A DNA stretch of 64,000 nt from Candidatus Omnitrophota bacterium. GTDB lineage: Bacteria; Omnitrophota; Gorgyraeia; Zapsychrales; JBAZNR01. Numbering within the stretch: the first letter of the stretch is position 1; every line of letters begins with the position of its first letter. Shown here in pieces: positions 9,166 through 18,023 of this stretch. The notes under the pieces are model-generated. The model was not told the DNA's origin. It saw nothing but the letters and a program-made list of their open reading frames with translations, and searched no databases. The DNA lies in the NCBI GenBank assembly GCA_041649175.1, contig JBAZNR010000001.1, positions 588,956-652,955 of the forward strand, written 5' to 3'. Position numbers and translations under genes: made by a program.

Positions 9166-9997
9166 AAAGATTTCCTGCGCGGCCATGATCCTCATGGCCG
9201 CGCTATGCTTTTCCCCCCAAAGCTCTTTTTCCAAAGAACTTTCCGCCGCCGATATCGTGAAAGATTATTCGCCTTCTATTGTCACCGTCGCCGCCACCAG
9301 CCCCAAGGGATTAAATTTCGGAAGCGGATTTATCGTCAATTCTAACGGGCTTATTGTTACCAATTTCCATATCTTGCAAACGGCGGTTAAGATCGGTATT
9401 AAACTTTCTAACGGCAAAACCTATGACCACGCGAAACTGCTTCGTTTCGACACTCCCAAAGATATCGCGGTTTTAAAAATTGATGCCAAGAATTTAAATC
9501 CGGTCATCTTAGGCGACAGCGATAAGATCGTGGTAGGCGAAGGAGTTGTCACAATAGGAAATCCCCTAGGATTAGAGGCGAGTGTTTCTGATGGGATCAT
9601 TAGCTCCCGGCGTTCGGCAAAAAAAGGGCTGAAGCTGCTTCAAATAACAACGCCTATTTCTTCGGGTTCAAGCGGCGGGCCGCTTTTTAATTTAAAAGGG
9701 GAAGTCGTTGGCATTACAACTGCCACCAATAAAAAAGGGCAAAATATCAACTTCGCCGTTCCCATTAATTACGCCAAGCCGATCATCTTTTTGCATCAAA
9801 AAGGCGAAAGTATTTCAGGTGTAAAAAATGACCCCAACTCAAAAGAAACCTTTCTTTATACGATAAAGCCCAAAGACACCCTCTTTTCTTTGGCTAAAAA
9901 GTTTAACACTTCAGTACAAACGCTGATGGAGTTAAACAGCCTATCCAATCCCAGAATCCTCTCGGGACAAAAAATCAAAGTTCCTTCCAGAAAATAG
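9146..9997 (+). CDS. secreted trypsin-like serine protease (S1C/HtrA-like) with C-terminal LysM domain
   Basis: Signal peptide; catalytic TNFH and SSGSSGGPLF (GDSGGP variant); C-terminal LysM YTIKPKDTLFSLAKKFNTSVQTLMELN. Confidence 0.75.
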   Translation: MFTLDFKKISCAAMILMAALCFSPQSSFSKELSAADIVKDYSPSIVTVAATSPKGLNFGSGFIVNSNGLIVTNFHILQTAVKIGIKLSNGKTYDHAKLLRFDTPKDIAVLKIDAKNLNPVILGDSDKIVVGEGVVTIGNPLGLEASVSDGIISSRRSAKKGLKLLQITTPISSGSSGGPLFNLKGEVVGITTATNKKGQNINFAVPINYAKPIIFLHQKGESISGVKNDPNSKETFLYTIKPKDTLFSLAKKFNTSVQTLMELNSLSNPRILSGQKIKVPSRK

Positions 9998-10018
9998 CTT
10001 TTCAGGTTAGATTTTATA

Positions 10019-10046
10019 TTGACAATTCTCCTTCGAGCCATATACT
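10019..10046 (+). promoter_or_regulatory. sigma70-like promoter TTGACA-16-TATACT upstream of the AT-rich island
   Basis: Near-consensus -35/-10. The sequence closely resembles the pyrR promoter at 11741-11769. Confidence 0.4.
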
Positions 10047-10130
10047 AACGCTCATGGGTGGTCTTTGAGGGGTGTTTTCACGGAATTCTGTTTTCGGGAT
10101 TTAAAATTTACTAGCTGAAGGAGTTTAGCT

Positions 10131-10838
10131 ATGCAATTGATTTCATCTGCTAATAGTATTCGGCTCCGAAATTATGTTTTCCCAATCGGATCTGTAGACA
10201 AAAAAGATGACAAGAATAGTAATGTGTATGGTACAGCAAGTTATTTAGGGGGAAAATATTTTATTACAGCAGGGCATGTATTGAAAAATGCAAGTAGCAA
10301 GAAAATAATTGGCATAGGCTTTATGGGGGACGATGAGTGCAAATATTTTAATATTTCAAAGTATGAAATATTAGAGGATATTGATGTAGGTATTATTGAG
10401 CTCAATTTAGAGCAAATACCTGCAGCAAAGTTAATTTGGGATTCCGATCTATCTTTAATGTTAAGCGATGTTCACACCTTTGGTTTCCCGCATGGACAAT
10501 CTATAAAGGATGATGGGGAAGTTTATAATTCGTTAAGAGCATTAAAAGGTCACGTTGTTTCGATTGATAAGAATTATACGTATGAGCTATCTTTTTTCTG
10601 TCCTAAGGGCTTATCCGGAGCACCTCTCTTAAATAAAAAAGGAAATATTACAGGCATGATTATTGGGAATACAGGGGTAGAAATGAACGTATGCCAAGAA
10701 ATAGAAAAAGATAAGAAGGAAATATATTCGAAAGACATTGTTTATTTCTTAGGTAAAGCAATATGTGCATGCAAAATATTAGATATAAAGCCCAAGTTGC
10801 TTAATATGACCATAGGGGAGTTTATTAAAAAATATTAA
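10131..10838 (+). CDS. trypsin-like serine peptidase (AT-rich island gene 1)
   Basis: TAGHVL (His) and GLSGAPLL (GxSGxP) motifs; GAAGGAG RBS. Codon usage is strongly AT-biased relative to neighbours. Confidence 0.5.
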   Translation: MQLISSANSIRLRNYVFPIGSVDKKDDKNSNVYGTASYLGGKYFITAGHVLKNASSKKIIGIGFMGDDECKYFNISKYEILEDIDVGIIELNLEQIPAAKLIWDSDLSLMLSDVHTFGFPHGQSIKDDGEVYNSLRALKGHVVSIDKNYTYELSFFCPKGLSGAPLLNKKGNITGMIIGNTGVEMNVCQEIEKDKKEIYSKDIVYFLGKAICACKILDIKPKLLNMTIGEFIKKY

Positions 10839-10871
10839 AATTTGTCGGGCACTTAAAGAAAAGGGATATAT

Positions 10872-11696
10872 ATGTCTTCAACGGGGAAAATCTTACAATC
10901 AGAGGCTGACAACACCAAGGAGCTTGTAAAGTCTATAAGTTTTTTAGCTGGTGAAGTTTCAGTATTTAAAGAAGCACTAAGCAAAAATGTGTCTAATTTA
11001 GATGAGACGCTCAAGAAAACAAATCAAAGTACAGAAGAATTACGAGATGCCGTTGTGAGTTCGACTGATAAAATTATTACTTCAGGTGAGAAATTAGCTG
11101 TCGCGCAAAATTTCCATTCAAAAACAATGCTTTTTCTAACTTTTGCGTTAGTTGTTGTGGGCATATTCCAAATATTGGTTATGAATGGGCAATCAAATAT
11201 TATGAAATCACAATCAGAAATTATGAAACATCAGGCTGATCATGCTAAGAAAATAACTGAAATTGAGTTACGTCCAATGCTTGAAATTCAACCGTATGCA
11301 GCTACCTACTCAGAAAATAATCTAGTTTTTCATTATTTTCTTTCTAATTCTGGAAAATCAAATATTTTGAATATAAAGCGCTGCCATACTTTTGAGCTAA
11401 TTAATAGAATTACAAATGAGGAGTCAAGTATTAAACCAGAGACATGTGTTTCTAATGAACATGACTTGACCTTGTTGCATGACAGGTCTAGCTTAATTCA
11501 TGATGATATGATCGGAGATTACAAGCTAGATGAATTAGATCCTCATAAGTATTATCGAATTAATTTAAAAGTTAGTTATGCAACTGAAGAATTTCTAGGC
11601 AAAAAGTGTGTTGCCTCAAGAAAGTTTGACTTACTACCTATTGATAATAAGTTTGTAATCCGACCGTTAGCATATTTAGATACAGTGTGTGAGTAA
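10872..11696 (+). CDS. hypothetical protein, N-terminal coiled coil plus single TM (AT-rich island gene 2)
   Basis: ORF with a hydrophobic segment MLFLTFALVVVGIFQILV; no recognisable domain. Confidence 0.3.
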   Translation: MSSTGKILQSEADNTKELVKSISFLAGEVSVFKEALSKNVSNLDETLKKTNQSTEELRDAVVSSTDKIITSGEKLAVAQNFHSKTMLFLTFALVVVGIFQILVMNGQSNIMKSQSEIMKHQADHAKKITEIELRPMLEIQPYAATYSENNLVFHYFLSNSGKSNILNIKRCHTFELINRITNEESSIKPETCVSNEHDLTLLHDRSSLIHDDMIGDYKLDELDPHKYYRINLKVSYATEEFLGKKCVASRKFDLLPIDNKFVIRPLAYLDTVCE

Positions 11697-11740
11697 GAAT
11701 CATATGTGAATTCTGGGGACACGTACCTAAGTTTTCCTTC

Positions 11741-11769
11741 TTGACACATTCTCCTCTCAGTGTTATATT
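11741..11769 (+). promoter_or_regulatory. pyrR promoter TTGACA-17-TATATT
   Basis: Consensus -35, 17-nt spacer, near-consensus -10, located about 130 nt upstream of pyrR. Confidence 0.55.
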
Positions 11770-11790
11770 TTGGTCAATAATCAACCTTTA

Positions 11791-11816
11791 AGCTTAGCCC
11801 TGTGAGGCTGGCAAGG
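11791..11816 (+). promoter_or_regulatory. PyrR-binding loop (anti-antiterminator) in pyr leader RNA
   Basis: AGCUUAGCCCUGUGAGGCUGGCAAGG matches the conserved PyrR box (..CC.G.GAGGCU.GCAAGG) of Bacillus-type pyr attenuators. Confidence 0.6.
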
Positions 11817-11853
11817 AAAACAAAATGGAAGTTTATATTACGAAATTTATTAA

Positions 11854-11890
11854 GCGCGTTTTTTCGAGAGAAAAAACGCGCTTTTTCTGT
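11854..11890 (+). terminator. pyr leader attenuator terminator
   Basis: Perfect 12-bp stem GCGCGTTTTTTC-GAGA-GAAAAAACGCGC followed by TTTTTCTGT, immediately upstream of pyrR. Confidence 0.7.
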
Positions 11891-11898
11891 GAGCGCTT

Positions 11899-12444
11899 AT
11901 GACCAACTCCACTCAAATCATGACCTCTGATGAAATCCGCCGAGCCGTCACCCGGCTTTCCCACGAGATCTTAGAGAAAAATAAGGGAATTGAAGACCTT
12001 TGTTTGATCGGGATTAGAACGAGAGGGGCGGTTTTGGCGCAGCGTATCAAAACCGCCATTCAAGAAATTGAACACGTCGATGTTCCTCTTGGAATTCTCG
12101 ACATCACTCTTTACCGCGATGATTTAACGCTGGTCGGCGCTAAACCTTTGGTGCGCGAAACCGAAATAGATTTTGACCTAAACGATAAAAAGGTTGTTTT
12201 AGTAGATGATGTTTTGTATACCGGACGCACCATCAGGGCGGCCTTGGATGCAATCGCCGATTTTGGCCGTCCGGCCAGCATTCAATTGGCTGTTTTAATA
12301 GACCGCGGGCATAGAGAACTTCCTATCCGCGCCGATTATGTGGGCAAAAACATCCCCACATCCAAAACACAAATGGTGGAAGTGCGCTTAACCGAAACCG
12401 ACGAAAAAGACGAGGTATCAATTGTCGAAGGTAAAAACAGATAA
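11899..12444 (+). CDS. pyrR: bifunctional pyr operon regulator / uracil phosphoribosyltransferase
   Basis: PRPP-binding [19 protein letters not shown] and overall PyrR similarity. Confidence 0.95.
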   Translation: MTNSTQIMTSDEIRRAVTRLSHEILEKNKGIEDLCLIGIRTRGAVLAQRIKTAIQEIEHVDVPLGILDITLYRDDLTLVGAKPLVRETEIDFDLNDKKVVLVDDVLYTGRTIRAALDAIADFGRPASIQLAVLIDRGHRELPIRADYVGKNIPTSKTQMVEVRLTETDEKDEVSIVEGKNR

Positions 12445-13375
12445 TCCTCTCTGGACCCGTAAAGATCTTTTGGGATTGCAGGAACTTTCCTCCCAAGAGA
12501 TAGAGCTTATTTTAAATACCGCCGCCTCATTCAAAGAAGTTTCTACCCGCGAAATAAAAAAGGTTCCGGCCCTTCGCGGCAAAACCGTGGTCAATCTATT
12601 CTATGAACCGTCCACCCGCACCCGCGTTTCCTTTGAAGTGGCCGCCAAACGCCTTTCCGCTGACGTCATCAATATATCGGTAGAAACATCCAGTGTCAAA
12701 AAAGGCGAAACGCTTTTAGATACCGGCGCTAATATCCAAGCCCTTAAAGCCGATATTATCGTGATGCGCCATAGCGCGTCCGGAGCGGCTTTAATGCTTG
12801 CCCGTCATCTTAAATCAAGTATTGTCAATGCCGGTGACGGTTGGCACGAACATCCCACCCAAGCGCTTTTGGATATGTTCACCTTAAAAGAAAAATTAGG
12901 CCGTATCAAAGGGCTTAATGTGGCTATCGTTGGCGATATCGCTCATTCGCGCGTGGCGCGTTCTAACATTTGGGGTTTAACAAAATTAGGAGCGAATGTA
13001 ACGGTGTGTGCGCCCGCAATGCTGATTCCGGCGGAAATTGAGAAAATGGGCGTAAAAGTCACATCCGATATTGATGAAGCTTTAAAAAACGCGGATGCGG
13101 TCAATGTGCTTCGTATGCAATTCGAGCGTGACGCACAAAACGCCTTTCCTAAACAGCTGGAATATTTTAAGAATTTTGGCATCACCAAAGAACGCCTTTT
13201 AAAGGTGAAAAAAGATATTATTGTGATGCATCCCGGACCATTAAATCGCGGCATAGAAATGGAAAGCGATATTGCCGATGGGAAAAACTCGGTCATCTTA
13301 GAACAGGTCACCAACGGCATCGCCGTTCGTATGGCGGTTTTATATCTGGTATCGCAAGGACAACAGCAAACATGA
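12422..13375 (+). CDS. pyrB: aspartate carbamoyltransferase catalytic subunit
   Basis: STRTRVSFE and HPTQALLD signatures. Apparent TTG start overlapping the pyrR end. Confidence 0.95.
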   Translation: MSKVKTDNPLWTRKDLLGLQELSSQEIELILNTAASFKEVSTREIKKVPALRGKTVVNLFYEPSTRTRVSFEVAAKRLSADVINISVETSSVKKGETLLDTGANIQALKADIIVMRHSASGAALMLARHLKSSIVNAGDGWHEHPTQALLDMFTLKEKLGRIKGLNVAIVGDIAHSRVARSNIWGLTKLGANVTVCAPAMLIPAEIEKMGVKVTSDIDEALKNADAVNVLRMQFERDAQNAFPKQLEYFKNFGITKERLLKVKKDIIVMHPGPLNRGIEMESDIADGKNSVILEQVTNGIAVRMAVLYLVSQGQQQT

Positions 13376-14646
13376 AAATTCTTATCAAAAATGGAATTGT
13401 GGTCGATCCGGCGAGTAAACTAAACGAAATAAGCGACGTTTTGATCAAAGACGGCAAGATTAGCAAAGTCGCTAAGAGCATTTCTGACGCGGCCGATAAA
13501 ACGATCGACGCCAAAGGAAAAATTGTTGCTCCGGGTTTAGTCGATATGCATGTGCATTTGCGCGAACCCGGCCGTGAAGATAAAGAAACCGTTGAAACCG
13601 GAACGCGCGCGGCCGCTTTCGGCGGCGTGACATCGGTTTTATGTATGCCCAATACAACGCCGGCCTTGGATTCGGTGGCAACCGTTCGTTTACTTAAAGA
13701 TTCCATCAAAAAAACCGCTTCAGTGAATGTTTTTATCTGCGGCGCTATTACCGTTGGGCGTCAAGGTAAAAAAGTGGTTAATATCGCCGCTTTAAAAGAT
13801 GAAGGTGTTTTAGCTTTAAGCGATGACGGCAGTGAGGTTGAAGATGACGCGATTTTTCTTGAGGCCTGCAAAAAAGCGAAGAAAGAAAATATCTTGATCG
13901 ACTGCCACTCGGAAGACCGAAAACTTTCCAACAATGGCGTGATGAACTTAGGATATATGTCCACCATTTTGGGACTGCGCGGGATATCGCGCGAGTCGGA
14001 ATATAAATGCATTGAGCGCGATATTACTATTGCCGCTAAGGCGGACGCGCGCATTCATATTTCTCATGTCAGTTGCCGCGAGTCGGTTGAGGTGATCGCG
14101 CGTTTTAAGAAAAAAGGTGTAAAGGTAAGCGCGGAAACCGCGCCGCATTACTTTTGGCTTTGCGATGAAGATTTACTCGATTATGATACGCATAAAAAGA
14201 TGAACCCACCGCTGCGCACCAAAGATGATAGAGAAGCGATGAAACAGGGTTTGCGTGATGGAACATTGGAAGTTATCGCCACCGATCACGCGCCGCATAC
14301 ACAAAATGAAAAGGAAGTGGAGTTTGACCATGCGGCCTTTGGGATTTTGGGCTTGCAAACAAGCTTGGCGCTTTCAATAGGTGCTTTGGTTGAAACAAAG
14401 ATCTTGGATTGGCCCGGGCTTATTGCCAAAATGAGCCTTAATCCGGCGCGCATTATGCAGGTAGATAAGGGAACTTTAAAGGCGGGCGCGGACGCTGACG
14501 TGGTCATCATTGATCCAAATAAAGAGTGGATTTTTCAAAAAGAAGATATTCTTTCCAAATCCAAGAATTCACCTTTTGTCGGATGGAAATTAAAGGGGAA
14601 GGTGGAAACGACGATTTGCGGTGGAAAAGTGGTTTATCAAGATTAG
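13372..14646 (+). CDS. pyrC: dihydroorotase
   Basis: DMHVHLREPG metal-binding motif; amidohydrolase fold length. Confidence 0.9.
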   Translation: MKILIKNGIVVDPASKLNEISDVLIKDGKISKVAKSISDAADKTIDAKGKIVAPGLVDMHVHLREPGREDKETVETGTRAAAFGGVTSVLCMPNTTPALDSVATVRLLKDSIKKTASVNVFICGAITVGRQGKKVVNIAALKDEGVLALSDDGSEVEDDAIFLEACKKAKKENILIDCHSEDRKLSNNGVMNLGYMSTILGLRGISRESEYKCIERDITIAAKADARIHISHVSCRESVEVIARFKKKGVKVSAETAPHYFWLCDEDLLDYDTHKKMNPPLRTKDDREAMKQGLRDGTLEVIATDHAPHTQNEKEVEFDHAAFGILGLQTSLALSIGALVETKILDWPGLIAKMSLNPARIMQVDKGTLKAGADADVVIIDPNKEWIFQKEDILSKSKNSPFVGWKLKGKVETTICGGKVVYQD

Positions 14647-14718
14647 GCCCCCATAGCTCAATGGATAGAGTACTAGCCTCCGGCGCTGGGTGTACAGGTT
14701 CGACTCCTGTTGGGGGCG
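14647..14718 (+). tRNA. tRNA-Arg (anticodon CCG)
   Basis: Cloverleaf folded by hand: acceptor GCCCCCA/TGGGGGC, D-arm GCTC...GAGT, anticodon stem CTAGC/GCTGG with loop CTCCGGC, T-arm ACAGG-TTCGACT-CCTGT, discriminator G. No encoded CCA. Confidence 0.85.
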
Positions 14719-14745
14719 CTCTTTGAGATGCAACAGCCTCTTGAA
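14717..14745. repeat. direct repeat DR1 (GCGCTCTTTGAGATGCAACAGCCTCTTGAA) abutting the tRNA-Arg 3' end
   Basis: Repeated near-identically at 14886-14915. Confidence 0.7.
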
Positions 14746-14767
14746 AATCCCGAGACGCAGTCGAGGG

Positions 14768-14799
14768 ACGGCGCTGTTGGTGCAGGCTCGACTCCTGCC
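14768..14799 (+). pseudogene. partial duplicate of tRNA-Arg 3' half (anticodon-stem/T-arm fragment)
   Basis: ACGGCGCTGTTGGTGCAGGCTCGACTCCTGCC aligns to CCGGCGCTGGGTGTACAGGTTCGACTCCTGTT of the intact tRNA. Confidence 0.5.
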
Positions 14800-14816
14800 G
14801 AACAATTGTAGCGTGG

Positions 14817-14888
14817 AAGTAGTAGGTCCCCTGCGGGGACCGGGCGCGTATATTCGAAGTAGTAGGCCCCCTTTGGGGGCTAGGCGCG
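14817..14888. repeat. two tandem hairpin repeat units GAAGTAGTAGG-(GC palindrome)-GGCGCG
   Basis: Units at 14817-14848 and 14857-14888, each with an internal GC-rich palindrome (TCCCCTGCGGGGA and CCCCCTTTGGGGG). Confidence 0.6.
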
Positions 14889-14915
14889 TTCTTTGAGATG
14901 CAACAGCCTCTTGAA
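14886..14915. repeat. direct repeat DR2 (GCGTTCTTTGAGATGCAACAGCCTCTTGAA)
   Basis: Second copy of DR1, about 170 bp downstream. Confidence 0.7.
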
Positions 14916-14946
14916 CAGGCTTGGGGACAGACATACGCAGAGATTA

Positions 14947-14979
14947 GGGTCAGGCCCCACCTGCGGTGGGGCCTGACCC
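14947..14979. terminator. GC-rich hairpin GGGTCAGGCCCCACC-TGC-GGTGGGGCCTGACCC
   Basis: Perfect 15-bp stem. No obvious U-run, so it is a structural element or terminator of uncertain function. Confidence 0.4.
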
Positions 14980-15221
14980 TAAGTCAGAGACGGGAAAAAG
15001 TGGAAACCACAAAATGTAGGGCTTTCCACAGAATATACACAATATGCATAAATTGTTAATAATGGAGTAATTGACCCATAACATAGTCTAATTTTGTATA
15101 ATAGTGGATTAAATATACATAATTAATCAATAAATATAGTATATTGTGCATAATTAATACATATCAAAAAACAGCAATTTTCCACAGATTTTTGGCAAAA
15201 TCAATCAAATAGGAGCTCACT

Positions 15222-15686
15222 TTGAGCCATCAAAAAATAACCATATCCGTGATCGGCGGACATGACTGCAACAAAGAAGTGGAGCAATTATCCCATAAAA
15301 TTGGCAAAATAATTGCTAAAATGGGTTCTGTCTTGGTTTGTGGCGGTTTAGATGGGGTTATGCGGGAGGCGGCAAAAGGAGCTAAAAGCTGTGGCGGGCT
15401 GACGATTGGGATACTGCCGGGTAAGAATAAATCTGACGCCAACCCCTTTATCGATATTGCCTTGCCAACTTCTATCGGGTATTCCCGTAATGTCATCGTA
15501 GCTTGCTCGGCGGATATCATCATTGCCTTGCCCGGAAGCCACGGAACCCGAAGCGAAATATCTTACGGCCTTGTTTATGGGCGTCCGGTCATTGATCTGG
15601 GCGGCTGGAATATTAAAGGAATGATCAAGGTTAAAGACCTCAAAGAAGCAGAACAAGTAATCAAGAAGCTAATTAAGGGTTCTTAG
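15222..15686 (+). CDS. LOG-family / TIGR00725-like Rossmann-fold protein (SLOG)
   Basis: VIGGHDC...VCGGLDGVMREAAKGA...GILPG pattern of the LOG/TIGR00725 family. TTG start with an AGGAG RBS 6 nt upstream. Confidence 0.65.
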   Translation: MSHQKITISVIGGHDCNKEVEQLSHKIGKIIAKMGSVLVCGGLDGVMREAAKGAKSCGGLTIGILPGKNKSDANPFIDIALPTSIGYSRNVIVACSADIIIALPGSHGTRSEISYGLVYGRPVIDLGGWNIKGMIKVKDLKEAEQVIKKLIKGS

Positions 15687-15703
15687 GGTTCATTGGGTTT
15701 TTT

Positions 15704-15757
15704 GAGTCTATTGAGTTAACTCAATGACCCGGCGAACTCAAAGAACTCAATAGGCTC
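15704..15757. other. nested inverted repeat (GAGTCTATTGAGTT...AACTCAATAGGCTC) between the LOG-family gene and mutM
   Basis: Near-perfect 14-bp arms with an inner palindrome ATTGAGTTAACTCAAT. No T-run. Confidence 0.35.
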
Positions 15758-15771
15758 AACGGACAACGAAT

Positions 15772-16578
15772 ATGCCAGAACTTCCTGAAGTCGAAACCAT
15801 GGCCCGGGATCTTGAGAAAAAGATCTTAGGTTTAAGGATCAAAGAAGTTGAGGTTTCTGATGCCATGGTGGTGCGCTCGTCCTCCCCAAAAAATTTTATC
15901 CGCAATTTAGAAAATAAGAAGATCATCGGTTCCGGCCGGCGCGGCAAAGCCATTATATTAAAACTTTTCCCCAAAGGTTTTTTGATCATCCAGCCCGTGA
16001 TGACCGGACAAGTGATTTACGGTACCAAAGAACCTAAGGCAAGAGTGATTTTCGCGCTTTCCAACGGACAATATTTAAATTATAATGACCAAAGACGTTT
16101 CGGGCGTTTGAATTATATTGAAGACTTAAGCGCGTTTAAATATTTTAAAGCCTTAGGTTTAGAGCCGCTGGATAAAGAGTTTAGCTGTGCATGGTTCCTT
16201 GAAAGGCTCAAACAAAAGGCCATTCCTATCAAAACGCTTTTAATGAATCAGGCGTTTTTATCCGGGATCGGCAATATCTACGCGTCGGAAATATTATTCC
16301 GTTCGAAAATAAATCCCCGGCGTGAGGCTAAGGCATTAACACCGGCGGAGATAAGAGTTCTTTATCAGACAACTTTAAAAGTTTTAAAAGAAGCGATCTT
16401 GTTACGCGGTTCATCAGTTAATACTTACCGCGATCTCAACGGAAGAAAAGGAAAGTTCATTAACCGCCTTAAAGTTTACGGGCGCGATGGCCAGGCGTGT
16501 TTAAGTTGTCGCCAACCTATTGAAAGGATCGTGCAATCCGGGCGCAGCACGTTTTTCTGCCGGATTTGCCAGAGTTAA
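15772..16578 (+). CDS. mutM: formamidopyrimidine-DNA glycosylase
   Basis: MPELPEVET N-terminus (catalytic Pro2/Glu3); C-terminal zinc finger C..C...C..C. Confidence 0.9.
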   Translation: MPELPEVETMARDLEKKILGLRIKEVEVSDAMVVRSSSPKNFIRNLENKKIIGSGRRGKAIILKLFPKGFLIIQPVMTGQVIYGTKEPKARVIFALSNGQYLNYNDQRRFGRLNYIEDLSAFKYFKALGLEPLDKEFSCAWFLERLKQKAIPIKTLLMNQAFLSGIGNIYASEILFRSKINPRREAKALTPAEIRVLYQTTLKVLKEAILLRGSSVNTYRDLNGRKGKFINRLKVYGRDGQACLSCRQPIERIVQSGRSTFFCRICQS

Positions 16579-16582
16579 ATTT

Positions 16583-17272
16583 ATGAAAAAACGCATTCAA
16601 ATGGACATTACTCTTTTAGTATCGTTCGTCATTGTTCTGACGATTGTTTTTGTGAAATTTCCTCGGCTTTATATTCAAGATGCGGTCAGCGACGACCTAC
16701 TGGATTTTATCGGGTTTCTGACGATCCTTAAGGGAATTTTAGTGCGCATGACGGCGCGCGGATACAAAAAAAGTATTTCTTCTCGCGGAGAAAATCTGGT
16801 GACCGACGGGCCATATAGTATTGTGCGTAACCCAATGTATCTGGGAAGTTTTTATATCGGCTGCGGATTTGTGTTGATCCTCTGGCCCTGGTGGGCATTG
16901 CCTTTATTTGCGGCTGTTTTTTACTTAAGGTTTCGCCGGCAAATCTCATCGGAAGAAAAATATCTTAAAGCGCATTTTGGAAAAACGTTTGACGAATACG
17001 TTAGCCGTGTTCCGCGGCTTATTCCGTCGTGGAAAAGCATCAAAAATGCCAATATTAAAGAATCTTTTCCCTTAGATAAGGCATGGCTTACAAAAGAAAA
17101 GTGGGGGCTTATTAGCTGGACGTTTTTAGCTATTTTTCTAGAAGCGCTGCGCGAATATTTGGTTTTTGGGTCTTTTGATATTGTGACGACAGCGCAGGTT
17201 TTTTCATTAAGCGCTCTAACATTTATCCTTGTCTTGATCGTTTGGTATAACTATGCGCCAAATACAAAATAA
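16583..17272 (+). CDS. isoprenylcysteine carboxyl methyltransferase (ICMT/PEMT) family membrane methyltransferase
   Basis: LVTDGPYSIVRNPMYLGSF signature of the ICMT/PEMT family; multi-TM. Confidence 0.7.
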   Translation: MKKRIQMDITLLVSFVIVLTIVFVKFPRLYIQDAVSDDLLDFIGFLTILKGILVRMTARGYKKSISSRGENLVTDGPYSIVRNPMYLGSFYIGCGFVLILWPWWALPLFAAVFYLRFRRQISSEEKYLKAHFGKTFDEYVSRVPRLIPSWKSIKNANIKESFPLDKAWLTKEKWGLISWTFLAIFLEALREYLVFGSFDIVTTAQVFSLSALTFILVLIVWYNYAPNTK

Positions 17273-18023
17273 ATTTAAGATCACCGCCAACGAAAAGATC
17301 TGCCCGAAATTTTATAAGCTTTCTTTGGACGCCAAGGAAATGGCAAGATCGGTCGGGCCGGGGCAGTTTGTCCATATTAAAGTGACGGAAAGCTTAGAGC
17401 CTTTTTTCCGCCGGCCGTTTAGCGTGTTTCGCGCGAAAAAGCAAGTAGAGGTTTTGTACGAAGCCGTCGGAAAAGGGACGGTTGCGCTTGCCAAAAGAGA
17501 ACCGGGAGAATATTTGGATATCTTAGGGCCTTTGGGCAATCAATTTTGTTTACCGCCCAAAGGCACCAAGCAGGTGGTGATGATCGGCGGCGGCATTGGG
17601 GTAGCGCCTTTAATGGTTTTGTCGGATTTTCTGGCAAAAGAGAAATGCGAAAAGATCCTTCTTTACGGCGCTCGCAGTAAAGGGCACGTATTCGATCTTA
17701 AAGATTTTAAGAAAAATGGATGTAAGGTTTTTGTGGCGACGGATGATGGTTCTTATGGGGTTCACGGGCGCGTTTCTGAACTTTTTAATAAAATTAAAAC
17801 CGATCCTCAAACAACGGCTATTTACACTTGCGGCCCAAAACCGATGATGGCAGCGGTGAAAAAATTTTCCGAGCAAAACAAGCTGAACTGTCAGGCGTCC
17901 TGTGAAGAAGTGATGGCTTGCGCTTTGGGTGCTTGTTTGGGATGTTCCATTAAAACAACCAAAGGTTATCGCACCACCTGTTATGACGGCCCGGTGTTTG
18001 ATATTAAGGAAGTGATTTTTTAA
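17253..18023 (+). CDS. pyrK: dihydroorotate dehydrogenase electron-transfer subunit
   Basis: FAD/NAD-binding ferredoxin-reductase fold with a C-terminal Cys cluster (C..C..C...C). Immediately upstream of pyrD. Confidence 0.8.
   Translation: MRQIQNKFKITANEKICPKFYKLSLDAKEMARSVGPGQFVHIKVTESLEPFFRRPFSVFRAKKQVEVLYEAVGKGTVALAKREPGEYLDILGPLGNQFCLPPKGTKQVVMIGGGIGVAPLMVLSDFLAKEKCEKILLYGARSKGHVFDLKDFKKNGCKVFVATDDGSYGVHGRVSELFNKIKTDPQTTAIYTCGPKPMMAAVKKFSEQNKLNCQASCEEVMACALGACLGCSIKTTKGYRTTCYDGPVFDIKEVIF

Noticed and set aside
12943-13709. Antisense ORFs of 125 and 133 aa overlapping pyrB/pyrC.
   Set aside because: They sit opposite strongly supported pyr genes, and their translations have no recognisable features.
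14647-15220. An intact integrated mobile element (integrase-bearing island) at tRNA-Arg.
   Set aside because: Only att-like repeats and a tRNA fragment remain within about 270 bp. No integrase, excisionase or phage genes lie anywhere nearby, so this is annotated as a scar or remnant, not a mobile element.
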